A stretch of 63,078 bases of DNA, counting the filler, from Deltaproteobacteria bacterium (GTDB lineage Bacteria > JAUYMQ01), in NCBI GenBank assembly GCA_030698575.1. It is 12 parts of 12 records of this genome, joined end to end, with 100 filler letters (N's around TTAATTAATTAA, not from the genome) between each part and the next. Parts side by side here need not be neighbours in the genome. Positions count along the whole stretch, not along the records: positions 1 to 2,547 come from JAUYMQ010000582.1; positions 2,648 to 15,246 come from JAUYMQ010000589.1; 10 more parts are not named here. One strand, 5' to 3'. Every line of letters starts with the position of its first letter. The stretch's first letter is position 1. The position numbers were made by a program, and so were the translations under genes. The notes under the pieces were generated by a model. The model ran no database searches and was not told the origin of the DNA. It saw only the letters and a program-made list of their open reading frames with translations. This document shows positions 1-7,697 of the stretch, piece after piece.

Positions 1-231
1 CGGCGGGTGCGGACGTACTTTCAGCGAAGGAGGCTGCGGCGGGATGAACGAAAACGAACTCATCTTGCCGTAGGGGAGAAGGGTTTTCTCCAGAAGGCGT
101 GAAAGCGAGCCTGCTGGATAAGATCCCACGGCGGGTTCCGGCGTCCCTCGTGCCCGGGCTCAAGTTTCCAGTGGTTCTGGTCGAAACCGATGTTGATGGC
201 ACATCCCGGCCCTTCAGCGGGGAAAAGGCGC

Positions 232-642
232 ATGCGAATGAGATTGACCGGAGTGGTGGTCGTTGCCCTGGCTCTGGCATTGACACCCTGGGCGGCCCCC
301 GCACAGGCCGGCCCGGCCTACGAGAAGTCGGGCAAGTACGACGACTATCCGACCTTCGAGGGAAAGGTCGTGACGATGGACGCCGACGCGGGGCGCATCA
401 GTCTCCGGGGCGACGACGGCTTCCGGACCTTCAGCACCGCGCCCAAGAAGCTCGGGGGACTGGAGAAGGGGATGCCGGTGCGCGTGACCTACGAGCAAAC
501 AGGCTCGGGCAATCGCGCCATCCAGATAGTGCGGCTCGTGATCCCGGAGGGAGCTTCGACCGACGCTGAGATTGCCGAGGCGAAGGAGAGACTCGAGAAG
601 GACGGCGTCCTTCAGGCCCAGCCGGAAGACGGGAGCCCCTGA
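232..642 (+). CDS. Hypothetical exported protein (signal peptide, small beta-rich/OB-like domain)
   Basis: ORF 190..642; likely start ATG 232 (MRMRLTGVVVVALALALTPWAAPAQA looks like a Sec signal peptide); GC3-biased codons. Confidence 0.6.
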   Translation: MRMRLTGVVVVALALALTPWAAPAQAGPAYEKSGKYDDYPTFEGKVVTMDADAGRISLRGDDGFRTFSTAPKKLGGLEKGMPVRVTYEQTGSGNRAIQIVRLVIPEGASTDAEIAEAKERLEKDGVLQAQPEDGSP

Positions 643-747
643 GCTCCCGGCGATAACGAAGCCGCGACAGGCCCTCGGGCCGGGCGGCCGGATTGGATCA
701 AACGGCGGGCGCGTCTCCGGGCGCGCCCGCTGTGCTATCTTCCCATC

Positions 748-1515
748 ATGTGCGAACTCCTCGGAATGAGCGCGAACATTCCCACCGACATCGTGTTCAG
801 CTTCAGCGGCTTCCGGAAGCGCGGCGGCGAGCGCGGCCCTCACAAGGACGGCTGGGGGATTGCGTTTTATGAGGGGAAGGGGGTGCGCGTCTTTCGCGAT
901 CCGTCCCCTTCGGCCGAGAGCCGCATGGCGAACTTCGTGCGCAACTACCCCATCAAGAGCAAGTCGGTCATTGCGCACATCCGGCGGGCCAGCACTGGGA
1001 AGACAGCCCTCGAGAATACGCATCCGTTCGTGCGCGAGCTGTGGGGGCGCGAGTGGGTGTTCGCGCACAATGGCCGGGTGCCGAAGGTGAGAAAGCGGCG
1101 GCTGAAGTACAATCGTCCCGTGGGCGGCACCGATTCCGAGCATGCGTTTTGCTGGATTCTGGACAATCTTCGGGAGGCCTTTCCCCGGCCCCCGCGGAAG
1201 CCGGAGGCCTACCAGGCGCTCATTCGCGAGCTTTGCGAGCGGGTGGCGAAGGTCGGCAGCTTCAATGTGCTCCTCTCAGAGGGCGACTACCTCTACGCGC
1301 ACGCGGCGACGCGGCTTCACTGGATCGTGCGGAAGGCGCCTTTTTCGAAAGCCCGCTTGATCGATGAGGATCTTGAGGTAGATTTCTCGGACGAGACGAC
1401 GCCGAATGACCGCGTGGCGGTCATTGCGACAGCGCCGCTCACCGACAACGAGGCCTGGGAGCGCTGCAGGCGCGGCGAGTTCGCGGTCTTTCGGGACGGC
1501 GACCGCATCGTGTAA
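748..1515 (+). CDS. Class II glutamine amidotransferase (YafJ/EgtC-like)
   Basis: N-terminal MCELLG (Ntn Cys), HKDGWG, AHIRRAS, NTHPF, FAHNG and GGTDSE motifs. Confidence 0.92.
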   Translation: MCELLGMSANIPTDIVFSFSGFRKRGGERGPHKDGWGIAFYEGKGVRVFRDPSPSAESRMANFVRNYPIKSKSVIAHIRRASTGKTALENTHPFVRELWGREWVFAHNGRVPKVRKRRLKYNRPVGGTDSEHAFCWILDNLREAFPRPPRKPEAYQALIRELCERVAKVGSFNVLLSEGDYLYAHAATRLHWIVRKAPFSKARLIDEDLEVDFSDETTPNDRVAVIATAPLTDNEAWERCRRGEFAVFRDGDRIV

Positions 1516-1548
1516 TAAGTGGGACAGTCCCTCTTCTGGAAGGCGAAA

Positions 1549-2547
1549 ATGAGCGGCAATACCGAGACTTTCGATGTGGTGATCGTGGGCGGCGGCATCG
1601 TCGGTGCGGCCACGGCTTACTACCTGTCGGCCCGCGAGGGGATGAAAGTGGCGCTGCTCGAGCGTTCCGGAGAGGTCGGCGCCGAGTCGACCAAGGCGGC
1701 CGCCGGCATCCTGAACCCCTTCTACACCGAGGACCGCCCCTCGCCCTTCTTCGACTTCTGCATGGAGGCGCACGCGCTCTACCACACGCTGGTGCCGGAG
1801 CTCCGGTCGCTCTCGGGCATCGATCCGCAGTACCTCGAGTGGGGCGTGCTGGGGCTCCTTCTCGATGCCGACGACGAGAAGGACGCCGTGGCCAAGCTCC
1901 ACTGGCAGCGCGCGCGGGGGCTCTTCATCGAAAAGCTCACGCCGGAGGAAGCGCTGCTCAGGGAGCCCGCCATCACGCCGGACATCCGTGGAGCGCTCTA
2001 CTTCCAGAAGGATTTCCACATTCACAACGGCCTGCTGGTCGACGCGCTGGCCGAGGGGGCGCGCCGGCGCGGGGTGGATGTGCGGCTGGGCGTCACGGTG
2101 ACGGGCTTTTTGCGGGAGGGTGGGCGGATCACGGGCGTCGAGACGGATCGCGGGCGCATCGCGACGGGGACGGTCGTGCTGGCCGCGGGCGCGTGGTCGG
2201 CGCCTCTGGGGGCGATGCTCGGGTTCGAGATTCCGGTCGAGCCGGCGCGCGGGCAGATGCTGGTGCTGGGCGCACGCAAGCCGTTCACCGGCGTGGTGGT
2301 TTACGCGAAGAAGCAGTATGTGGTGCCGCGGCTCGACGGCGAGGTGATCGTGGGGAGCACGCTGGAGTTCGAGGGCTTCGACAAGCGCACGACGGTGGAG
2401 GGAGTTCACTGGATGCTGGATAGCGCCATTCGCATGGTGCCGGGACTGAGGCATCTGGAATTTCTCGACGTGCGCGCGGGGCTGCGCCCGTATTCGGCCG
2501 ACACGATGCCCATTCTCGGCACCGTTCCCGACGTTCCGGGACTGGTG
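1549..2547 (+). CDS. thiO: Glycine oxidase ThiO-like FAD-dependent oxidoreductase (3' truncated by contig end)
   Basis: VGGGIVG FAD motif, STKAAAGIL, LAAGAWS, PARGQ, GST.E..GFD and GLRP motifs. Confidence 0.75.
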
Positions 2548-2647
2548 NNNNNNNNNNNNNNNNNNNNNNNNNNNNNNNNNNNNNNNNNNNNTTAATTAAT
2601 TAANNNNNNNNNNNNNNNNNNNNNNNNNNNNNNNNNNNNNNNNNNNN
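2548..2647. other. Artificial contig linker (first of 11)
   Basis: 44 N + TTAATTAATTAA (stops in all six frames) + 44 N. Identical linkers at 15247-15346, 19459-19558, 22244-22343, 24887-24986, 28636-28735, 43673-43772, 47681-47780, 50846-50945, 53945-54044 and 59699-59798. Confidence 0.99.
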
Positions 2648-2795
2648 GCCGCATTTTCGCCCTATCGGCCGGCTAACAGTGGGCTACTTTGGCATCCCGC
2701 ACGCGGGAGCGCACTGTGAAGCCGATTCTCGTTCCAACCGCCGGCGTCCAGAACTGGCAATCGGAAGTATTTCAAGATGTAGCCGCCGAGGGCCC

Positions 2796-3956
2796 ATGGA
2801 CCAACGGCACCTCCTGACGCTCTGGAACCCGCTCTACGGCCCCAACGCCATGGAGCTGCATCTCGCCGTGTTGCTCGGCAAGATCGCGGAGCATCGCGAA
2901 GGGAAAACAGACGAGAACGATGTCTATGTGTGGTGGGGGAAGGTCAAATCCCAACACCGCGACAAGCCGCTCCCGCATCTCGAGGATATCCGCGCCCTCG
3001 ATAGCGAGCTGGCCGAGAAGGCGAGTGATCCCTCCGAGATCCACCTCTACCTGACAGACTACCGTTCGCTCTACATCGCCGAAGTCGGCGAAATCACGAG
3101 CGATAACATGCTCGCGCAAGATCGTGCGCATGTGCCGGATTACTATGACCGCGGCGATCTGCTGTGCGACTGCTGGTTCCGTCTGTGGGATATCCGGCGA
3201 CTCGTCGGCGACGACCTGGTCTCGGTGGCGTCCGAGCTTCAGCGCCTTCGCAATACGCGACACCACGATCACCCCGTGTCCCTCTACGGAGGCATGGTCG
3301 AGCTCCCCCTCATCGTCACTCGGCCCGATGGCACGCGCTTCTTCGATCTCGAGGCGCGTAATCGGGTCACCGACGGCAAGTACTGGGCGGAATTCGACGC
3401 GGAGCGTGTCGGCATTGGCGCCATGGAGCGCGAGCTGCGCGAGAATCTCTTTGGCGACGAGCAGTGGGCCAATCTCGACCCTGTGGCCCGCACATTCATC
3501 GCCACAGGGGAGAAGATCTTCAGAGACCACCGCGGCGACCCGGGCTTCGACTTTACGCCCGTGATCATCGAGTTCGCGAAGGTCTTTGAGGTCCAGGGCA
3601 ACGCCATCCTCAGCCGCGCGCTCTCGGGCGCCCCGCCCGATCTGCGCCAGGCCAACATTGACGGCAAGACCATTGATTTTGTCAGACAGGGACCCCTGAG
3701 CCTCGGACAGCTCGGCCTACTGCTCGATGGGGATAAACGCCTCGTGGACTATCTCCGCAAGCAGTTGCGTCACGGTGAATGGTTCACCGGGAGTCTTCCG
3801 GCGATCACGACCGCGTTTGCGCAGTTGCGCAACGAGGCTGCCCACACGAAGCGTGTTAGCCGGGAGACCGCGACACAGTGGCGGAACCAGCTACTCGGGA
3901 TCGGGTGCTATGGGGATTTTGGGCATTTGGCGAATGTGAGGAGGGCGGGATGGTGA
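2796..3956 (+). CDS. HP0729-like protein with C-terminal HEPN-type RxxxxH motif (candidate defence RNase)
   Basis: Start MDQRHLLTLWNPLY. WGKVKS, LYLTDY, VPDYY and WF..DIR.LV resemble the HP0729 family as I recall it; C-terminal LRNEAAH. Confidence 0.6.
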   Translation: MDQRHLLTLWNPLYGPNAMELHLAVLLGKIAEHREGKTDENDVYVWWGKVKSQHRDKPLPHLEDIRALDSELAEKASDPSEIHLYLTDYRSLYIAEVGEITSDNMLAQDRAHVPDYYDRGDLLCDCWFRLWDIRRLVGDDLVSVASELQRLRNTRHHDHPVSLYGGMVELPLIVTRPDGTRFFDLEARNRVTDGKYWAEFDAERVGIGAMERELRENLFGDEQWANLDPVARTFIATGEKIFRDHRGDPGFDFTPVIIEFAKVFEVQGNAILSRALSGAPPDLRQANIDGKTIDFVRQGPLSLGQLGLLLDGDKRLVDYLRKQLRHGEWFTGSLPAITTAFAQLRNEAAHTKRVSRETATQWRNQLLGIGCYGDFGHLANVRRAGW

Positions 3957-4065
3957 GACGTGAAATCTCGAGCACAGTTGGCCGCACGCGCTCCTGTCGT
4001 AGGTCAGGGCGTGCTGAGTGGGCATGCTTCGTTCGGATGGCGGATTCTGGCAGGGATGTCTTACC

Positions 4066-4953
4066 ATGACCAAGCTGTGGCGCATTCACCTTCGCCCATC
4101 CTCGGAGACAGGTGTCGATGCGTGTCTATTTTGTACCCGAGAATCCGTTCTTGGTGTGGGCTGGGCCGTTGGCCAAGGTGAACAGGCGCTTGATTGGCAG
4201 ACCTACAGCTCGTTGGCTGCGATCAAGCACGCGGGAGATCGCAGTTGGCGACTTGCGTTAACGCCCCTAAGGACAGGTTTGTCCATAGGAGATCTCTGCT
4301 GGTCGCGCGATCAAAAAGGCATCTACTACCTCGGGCAGGTCACGGGTGACTGGGAATATCGTTCCGGTGAAGCATACCGCCGTGCCGACATAGTAAATGT
4401 TCGTCTCTGTAAATGGGTTGAGGTAGGAACGGTTGAAGAAGTTCCCGGCAAGGTGTTAAGCAGTTTTGTGCCACGGCGAATACTGCAACCCATCAACGAC
4501 GCGACTGCTCTATTCTACTCAGAAATGGTATTCGGACAGAAGACCGGTGCCGAAGTCATTAAGTCGCCCGAGAAGAAGGACGTCTTCGCACTTCTGTCTT
4601 CAGAAGACTGCGAGGATGTCGTCGGGCTTTATCTCCAAAGTCTAGGCTATAGCCTCATCCCGAGTTCCTGCAAACGAAGAGACACCCTGGCGTATGAATA
4701 CGTGTTCAGGCACCGGACCACCGGGCATCGAGCTGTAGCTCAGGTGAAACGGGGCGCGGATGATCTGGTAATTGATGACCTGTTAGGCGTAGCTGATGAC
4801 GTGTTCCTATTCACGACGCATGGCAAGTATCTCGGAGCGCCGACTCCGCGCGTGCATTGTATCGACCGAAGCACGATTGAGGGATTCCTTCGTGCAAACC
4901 CGCAGATTCTCACGCAACGAATCAAGACTTGGGTCCAGGCCGCTGGATTGTAG
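4066..4953 (+). CDS. Putative Mrr-like restriction endonuclease (PD-(D/E)xK, QxK variant)
   Basis: N-terminal GVGW...GDLCW...YYLGQVTGDWEY domain; C-terminal EDVVGLYLQSLGY...YE...AQVK. Visibly AT-richer than neighbours. Confidence 0.6.
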   Translation: MTKLWRIHLRPSSETGVDACLFCTRESVLGVGWAVGQGEQALDWQTYSSLAAIKHAGDRSWRLALTPLRTGLSIGDLCWSRDQKGIYYLGQVTGDWEYRSGEAYRRADIVNVRLCKWVEVGTVEEVPGKVLSSFVPRRILQPINDATALFYSEMVFGQKTGAEVIKSPEKKDVFALLSSEDCEDVVGLYLQSLGYSLIPSSCKRRDTLAYEYVFRHRTTGHRAVAQVKRGADDLVIDDLLGVADDVFLFTTHGKYLGAPTPRVHCIDRSTIEGFLRANPQILTQRIKTWVQAAGL

Positions 4954-6244
4954 ACTCGGGGCTCAGGCACACCTTCACGAATCCGGCCTGCCGTTTCCCA
5001 ACGTTCGAGTCAAGGCTCCGGACCTGCTCGTGTTGCCTCATTACGCGTCTTACTTCCTCTCGGAGGATTCCCACGTAGCGTGCCGGGTCTTCAGCTACAC
5101 TTACCGCTGCTGCGAAGCACGCTTCACGCAGATGGGCACCTGTGAGCCCTTCACACTGGAGGCCAATCTCGGTTAGCTCGCCAGCGTACAACGGCCAAGG
5201 TGAATAGCGCTGAAGAAGGCCAATTCGCTCAGCTTGTCCGGGCCCTGGAAACACGAAGACTCGATCAAATCGCCCCGGTCGATCTAGAAGATTAAGCTCG
5301 AGTTTCGTGGGATCATTCGACGTCGCAATCCACAGCACCGGCTTGCTCGGCTGAAACATCCCGTCGAGCACATTCAAAAAAAACTCGGCCGTTACCACGC
5401 CAGAGTCCAATAGCCGGTCCACGTCCTCCAGCACGACAATCGCGGGCGCGTCAGTCGCCTCGATCTCCTGTACCATCGCCCGAAACGGCGACTCCAGCGC
5501 GCGCGCCGCCGAGCTGCCTTCCACGAGAAACAGAAAACGCCGGCAGTCCGGGTAACGATGCAGCAGGTGCCGCACCATCAACGTCTTGCCGGTCCCCGGC
5601 GCACCCACAAAAAGAACCCCACGCGTCGGCGCGATTCGCAGCTTGGCACACAGCTCGGCACCCCGCCAAAACCGGTCGAGATACGCGAGGAGATCGACCT
5701 TGAATTGATCGGGGAGGATCACGTCGGCCTCCGCAACCGGCGTCAACCCGGTCGGCTTCGCGTCCGCGCCATACACGACCACTTGCTCCCGAAACAGCTC
5801 CGCTCGCTTCGCCTTTAGCAGCGCCGCGAGCCCGAGCGTCGTCGCGAGCGACGAGCCCGCGAGCAATAAGGCCCGCTCAACCTGCCCCGGAAACACCTGC
5901 TCGTTCACGCGCAGGGCGAGGTACTGCTGACCATTTAGTGTCAGCGTGACCATCCCGTGGAAATCATCGATATGCACACCCTCCTCCACGAGTTCGGGAG
6001 CGTGCGCGACGATGGGCTCGGTGCGGCCACCGTTCCGAATCGCCAGGATCCAGCCGAAGAACGGAAGGCCAGGCTCCGCTGTACCGCCGATGCTTCGAAT
6101 GCACGTGATCAGCTCGGCGCCGTTCATCCATCCGCGGATGACCACAGGTTCTTCGGTCCAGCCAAGAGCCGTCGCGGCGGCACGGAGCGTTTCCACCCAG
6201 CGGGGGGCGATATTCGCGTCCCGATACCAGACTCGATGATCCAT
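4922..6244 (-). CDS. AAA+ ATPase (classical AAA clade)
   Basis: Walker A GAPGTGKT, Walker B IVVLEDVD, FLNVLDG, ATSN and second region of homology DRPGRFDR. ATG 6244 chosen because a promoter motif lies just upstream. Confidence 0.9.
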   Translation of the reverse strand: MDHRVWYRDANIAPRWVETLRAAATALGWTEEPVVIRGWMNGAELITCIRSIGGTAEPGLPFFGWILAIRNGGRTEPIVAHAPELVEEGVHIDDFHGMVTLTLNGQQYLALRVNEQVFPGQVERALLLAGSSLATTLGLAALLKAKRAELFREQVVVYGADAKPTGLTPVAEADVILPDQFKVDLLAYLDRFWRGAELCAKLRIAPTRGVLFVGAPGTGKTLMVRHLLHRYPDCRRFLFLVEGSSAARALESPFRAMVQEIEATDAPAIVVLEDVDRLLDSGVVTAEFFLNVLDGMFQPSKPVLWIATSNDPTKLELNLLDRPGRFDRVFVFPGPGQAERIGLLQRYSPWPLYAGELTEIGLQCEGLTGAHLREACFAAAVSVAEDPARYVGILREEVRRVMRQHEQVRSLDSNVGKRQAGFVKVCLSPESTIQRPGPKS

Positions 6245-6255
6245 GAGGAGTCCAT

Positions 6256-6277
6256 AGAATGCCACGAGGATGTGACA
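6256..6277 (-). promoter_or_regulatory. PafBC-type (-26/-10) promoter for the AAA ATPase
   Basis: Minus strand TGTCAC-ATCCTCGTGG-CATTCT, 11 nt before ATG 6244. Confidence 0.6.
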
Positions 6278-6317
6278 GCGCGCGGATTACGCTGCCATCT
6301 AGTGCGCCCTCTAAGGG

Positions 6318-6333
6318 CGCACTCCCGCCGAGC
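6318..6333 (-). repeat. Dispersed intergenic motif (copy A of 3; others at 6760-6776 and 12621-12637)
   Basis: Plus strand cgcactcccgccgagc vs cgcgctctcgccgagc (14/16); adjoins the perfect hairpin AGTGCGCCCT-cta-AGGGCGCACT (6301-6323). Confidence 0.6.
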
Positions 6334-6355
6334 GCGGGCTCTCAGCCCGCGTACA

Positions 6356-6436
6356 AAACACGAAAGCCGGAGAGCATTTGCTCCCCGGCTTCCGATCACG
6401 TAGCGAAACTGGCTACGCGGAGGTCCCTCACGTATG
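6356..6436 (-). ncRNA. Structured element copy 1: anti-tRNA segment + hairpin + terminator-like hairpin
   Basis: Minus strand TGAGGGACCTCCG-CGTAGC-cagtttc-GCTACG-tgatcg-GAAGCCGGGGAGC-aaat-GCTCTCCGGCTTTC-GTGTTTT. G.U pairs form only on the minus strand; near-identical copy at 11199-11280. Confidence 0.6.
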
Positions 6437-6480
6437 GAAACATCGGCTCTTGATTCAGCCGAGTCAATGGGAAGCAGGGG

Positions 6481-6564
6481 TGCTGGTGGTGGGATTCGAA
6501 CCCACAAGGGCTTTCGCCCAGAGATTTGAGGGACCTCTGCGTTTACCGATTTCGCCACACCAGC
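6481..6564 (-). tRNA. tRNA-like gene with Leu body but CUC (Glu) anticodon and C33; CCA not encoded
   Basis: GCTGGTG TG GCG-AAATCGGTAAA-CGC A GAGGT-CCCTCAA-ATCTC T GGGC-GAAA-GCCC TT GTGGG-TTCGAAT-CCCAC CACCAGC A. All stems pair; A73, A15:U48, A20a and the long variable arm are Leu-type. Anticodon at 6530-6528. Confidence 0.9.
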
Positions 6565-6728
6565 ACCTCATGGCTGCGAACCCCGGTAATCCCGAAGGCC
6601 AAGACGCGAGACCCCACACGTGCTGCCGCCCGCCCGAGCACGATGCGAGAACAATGTGAGTGGGAGTGCATCAAACCAACGCTGGAAGAATCACTTCAAC
6701 GCGAAGATTTATCCGTCGGCTGACGCCG

Positions 6729-6777
6729 CGGCTCGGCCACTACACTCGCCCTCAAGGGGCGCGCTCTCGCCGAGCCG
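6729..6777. repeat. Intergenic hairpin containing motif copy B
   Basis: CGGCTCGGC (6729-6737)...GCCGAGCCG (6769-6777) encloses CGCCC-tcaag-GGGCG; 6760-6776 is identical to 12621-12637 (17 nt). Confidence 0.6.
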
Positions 6778-6848
6778 GCCCTGCAGCGCACGGGAAGACG
6801 CCTTTTCGCCGCCCGTCCGTAGTGCTAGGCTAGAGGAGCCGCACCGGC

Positions 6849-6870
6849 TGTCACACCCATCCGCAATGCT
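6849..6870 (+). promoter_or_regulatory. PafBC-type promoter, leaderless-like
   Basis: TGTCAC-ACCCATCCGC-AATGCT, 6 nt before ATG 6877. Confidence 0.6.
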
Positions 6871-6876
6871 TCATCC

Positions 6877-6996
6877 ATGGACATCGGCCCCGTCATCCGC
6901 ATCATCGAAAACGTCCCCGCCACGCTCCCCATGGAGCGTGTGGCGCATCCCTCTCCAGCGCCGCCTCGCCCCGCGAACGAGCCGGCGCCCAAATGA
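6877..6996 (+). CDS. 39-aa Pro-rich peptide MDIGPVIRIIENVPATLPMERVAHPSPAPPRPANEPAPK (not in ORF track)
   Basis: Directly after the promoter motif; GC3-rich codons; ATGA overlap with the next gene. Confidence 0.65.
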   Translation: MDIGPVIRIIENVPATLPMERVAHPSPAPPRPANEPAPK

Positions 6997-7664
6997 GCGC
7001 GCTGTTTCGCCGATTCCTGGGATTCATGAATCCTCCCCCGCCGCAGCCGGTGCTCGGGCTGCCGGCCGCGGGAGTGCCCGCCCCCGCACTGCCACCACCG
7101 CCTCGCCCGTCCATCCCGTGGCCGCCCGTGGTGGAGTGGCAGAGCGCCGAGGAGCTGGTTGCCTGGCGCGCCTGGCGGTTGCTCACAGTCATGAGCCCGT
7201 CGGGCCCCGAGATCGGGCTGCGGCTCGTGTCCATTTCGGTGCCACGAATCTGGATGGGCCCGGTCGCGCAGACCGATCCACCAACCGTCGAGAGCGAGAC
7301 GCCCAGCGGTATTCATGTATTGAAGGAAGCGATCTGGCGCCAGTGCCGCTGGTCGTTCCTCGAAGACTGCTGGGTGAGCGGTACCGTCGCCCTATCCGGA
7401 CGCGTGATCGAGCACGCTGCCGGCTATCGCGCCGAGCGGGCCGTCATCCGTGACCTGCGCCTGTCCGTCGGCACCCACTTGGCGGTCCGATCTCTCGAAG
7501 AGCTGAGCCGGCTCATTGGTTCCCTGGAACAGCGCTATCAGGTGGCTGTGGACGTAGGCCAGGCTGAACGCGAAGCCGCCGACAAGATGCTCACAAAGGG
7601 CACGACTCCAAAGTTTCCCCGGACTCCGTGGGTCAAACTGGTGCCACCATGGGCGCTGATCTAG
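6993..7664 (+). CDS. Hypothetical protein (AWRAW...SGIH...GTVALSGRVIEH..GYRA family; possible ADP-ribosyltransferase-like fold)
   Basis: 223-aa ORF coupled to the upstream peptide; the fold is an inference from motif spacing only. Confidence 0.65.
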   Translation: MSALFRRFLGFMNPPPPQPVLGLPAAGVPAPALPPPPRPSIPWPPVVEWQSAEELVAWRAWRLLTVMSPSGPEIGLRLVSISVPRIWMGPVAQTDPPTVESETPSGIHVLKEAIWRQCRWSFLEDCWVSGTVALSGRVIEHAAGYRAERAVIRDLRLSVGTHLAVRSLEELSRLIGSLEQRYQVAVDVGQAEREAADKMLTKGTTPKFPRTPWVKLVPPWALI

Positions 7665-7667
7665 CAG

Positions 7668-7689
7668 AGTCACACCCGGGCCTTAGTGT
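7668..7689 (+). promoter_or_regulatory. PafBC-type promoter of the WYL operon (possible autoregulation)
   Basis: AGTCAC-ACCCGGGCCT-TAGTGT, 8 nt before ATG 7698. Confidence 0.65.
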
Positions 7690-7697
7690 TGGTGCTG

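Noticed and set aside
6356-6436. T-box riboswitch
   Set aside because: No T-box UGGN antiterminator consensus or Stem I is present, and the pairing spans about 30 nt rather than a 3-nt specifier.
6481-6564. Calling the tRNA selC (UCA) or ordinary tRNA-Leu(CAA)
   Set aside because: UCA and CAA occur in the loop but are 1 and 2 nt out of register. The stem GAGGT/ATCTC fixes CUC at 34-36, and the acceptor stem is 7 bp, not 8.
6877-6996. Pup-like modifier (given PafBC-like genes and an AAA ATPase nearby)
   Set aside because: It ends in APK rather than GGE/GGQ, and no PafA/Dop or proteasome genes are present.
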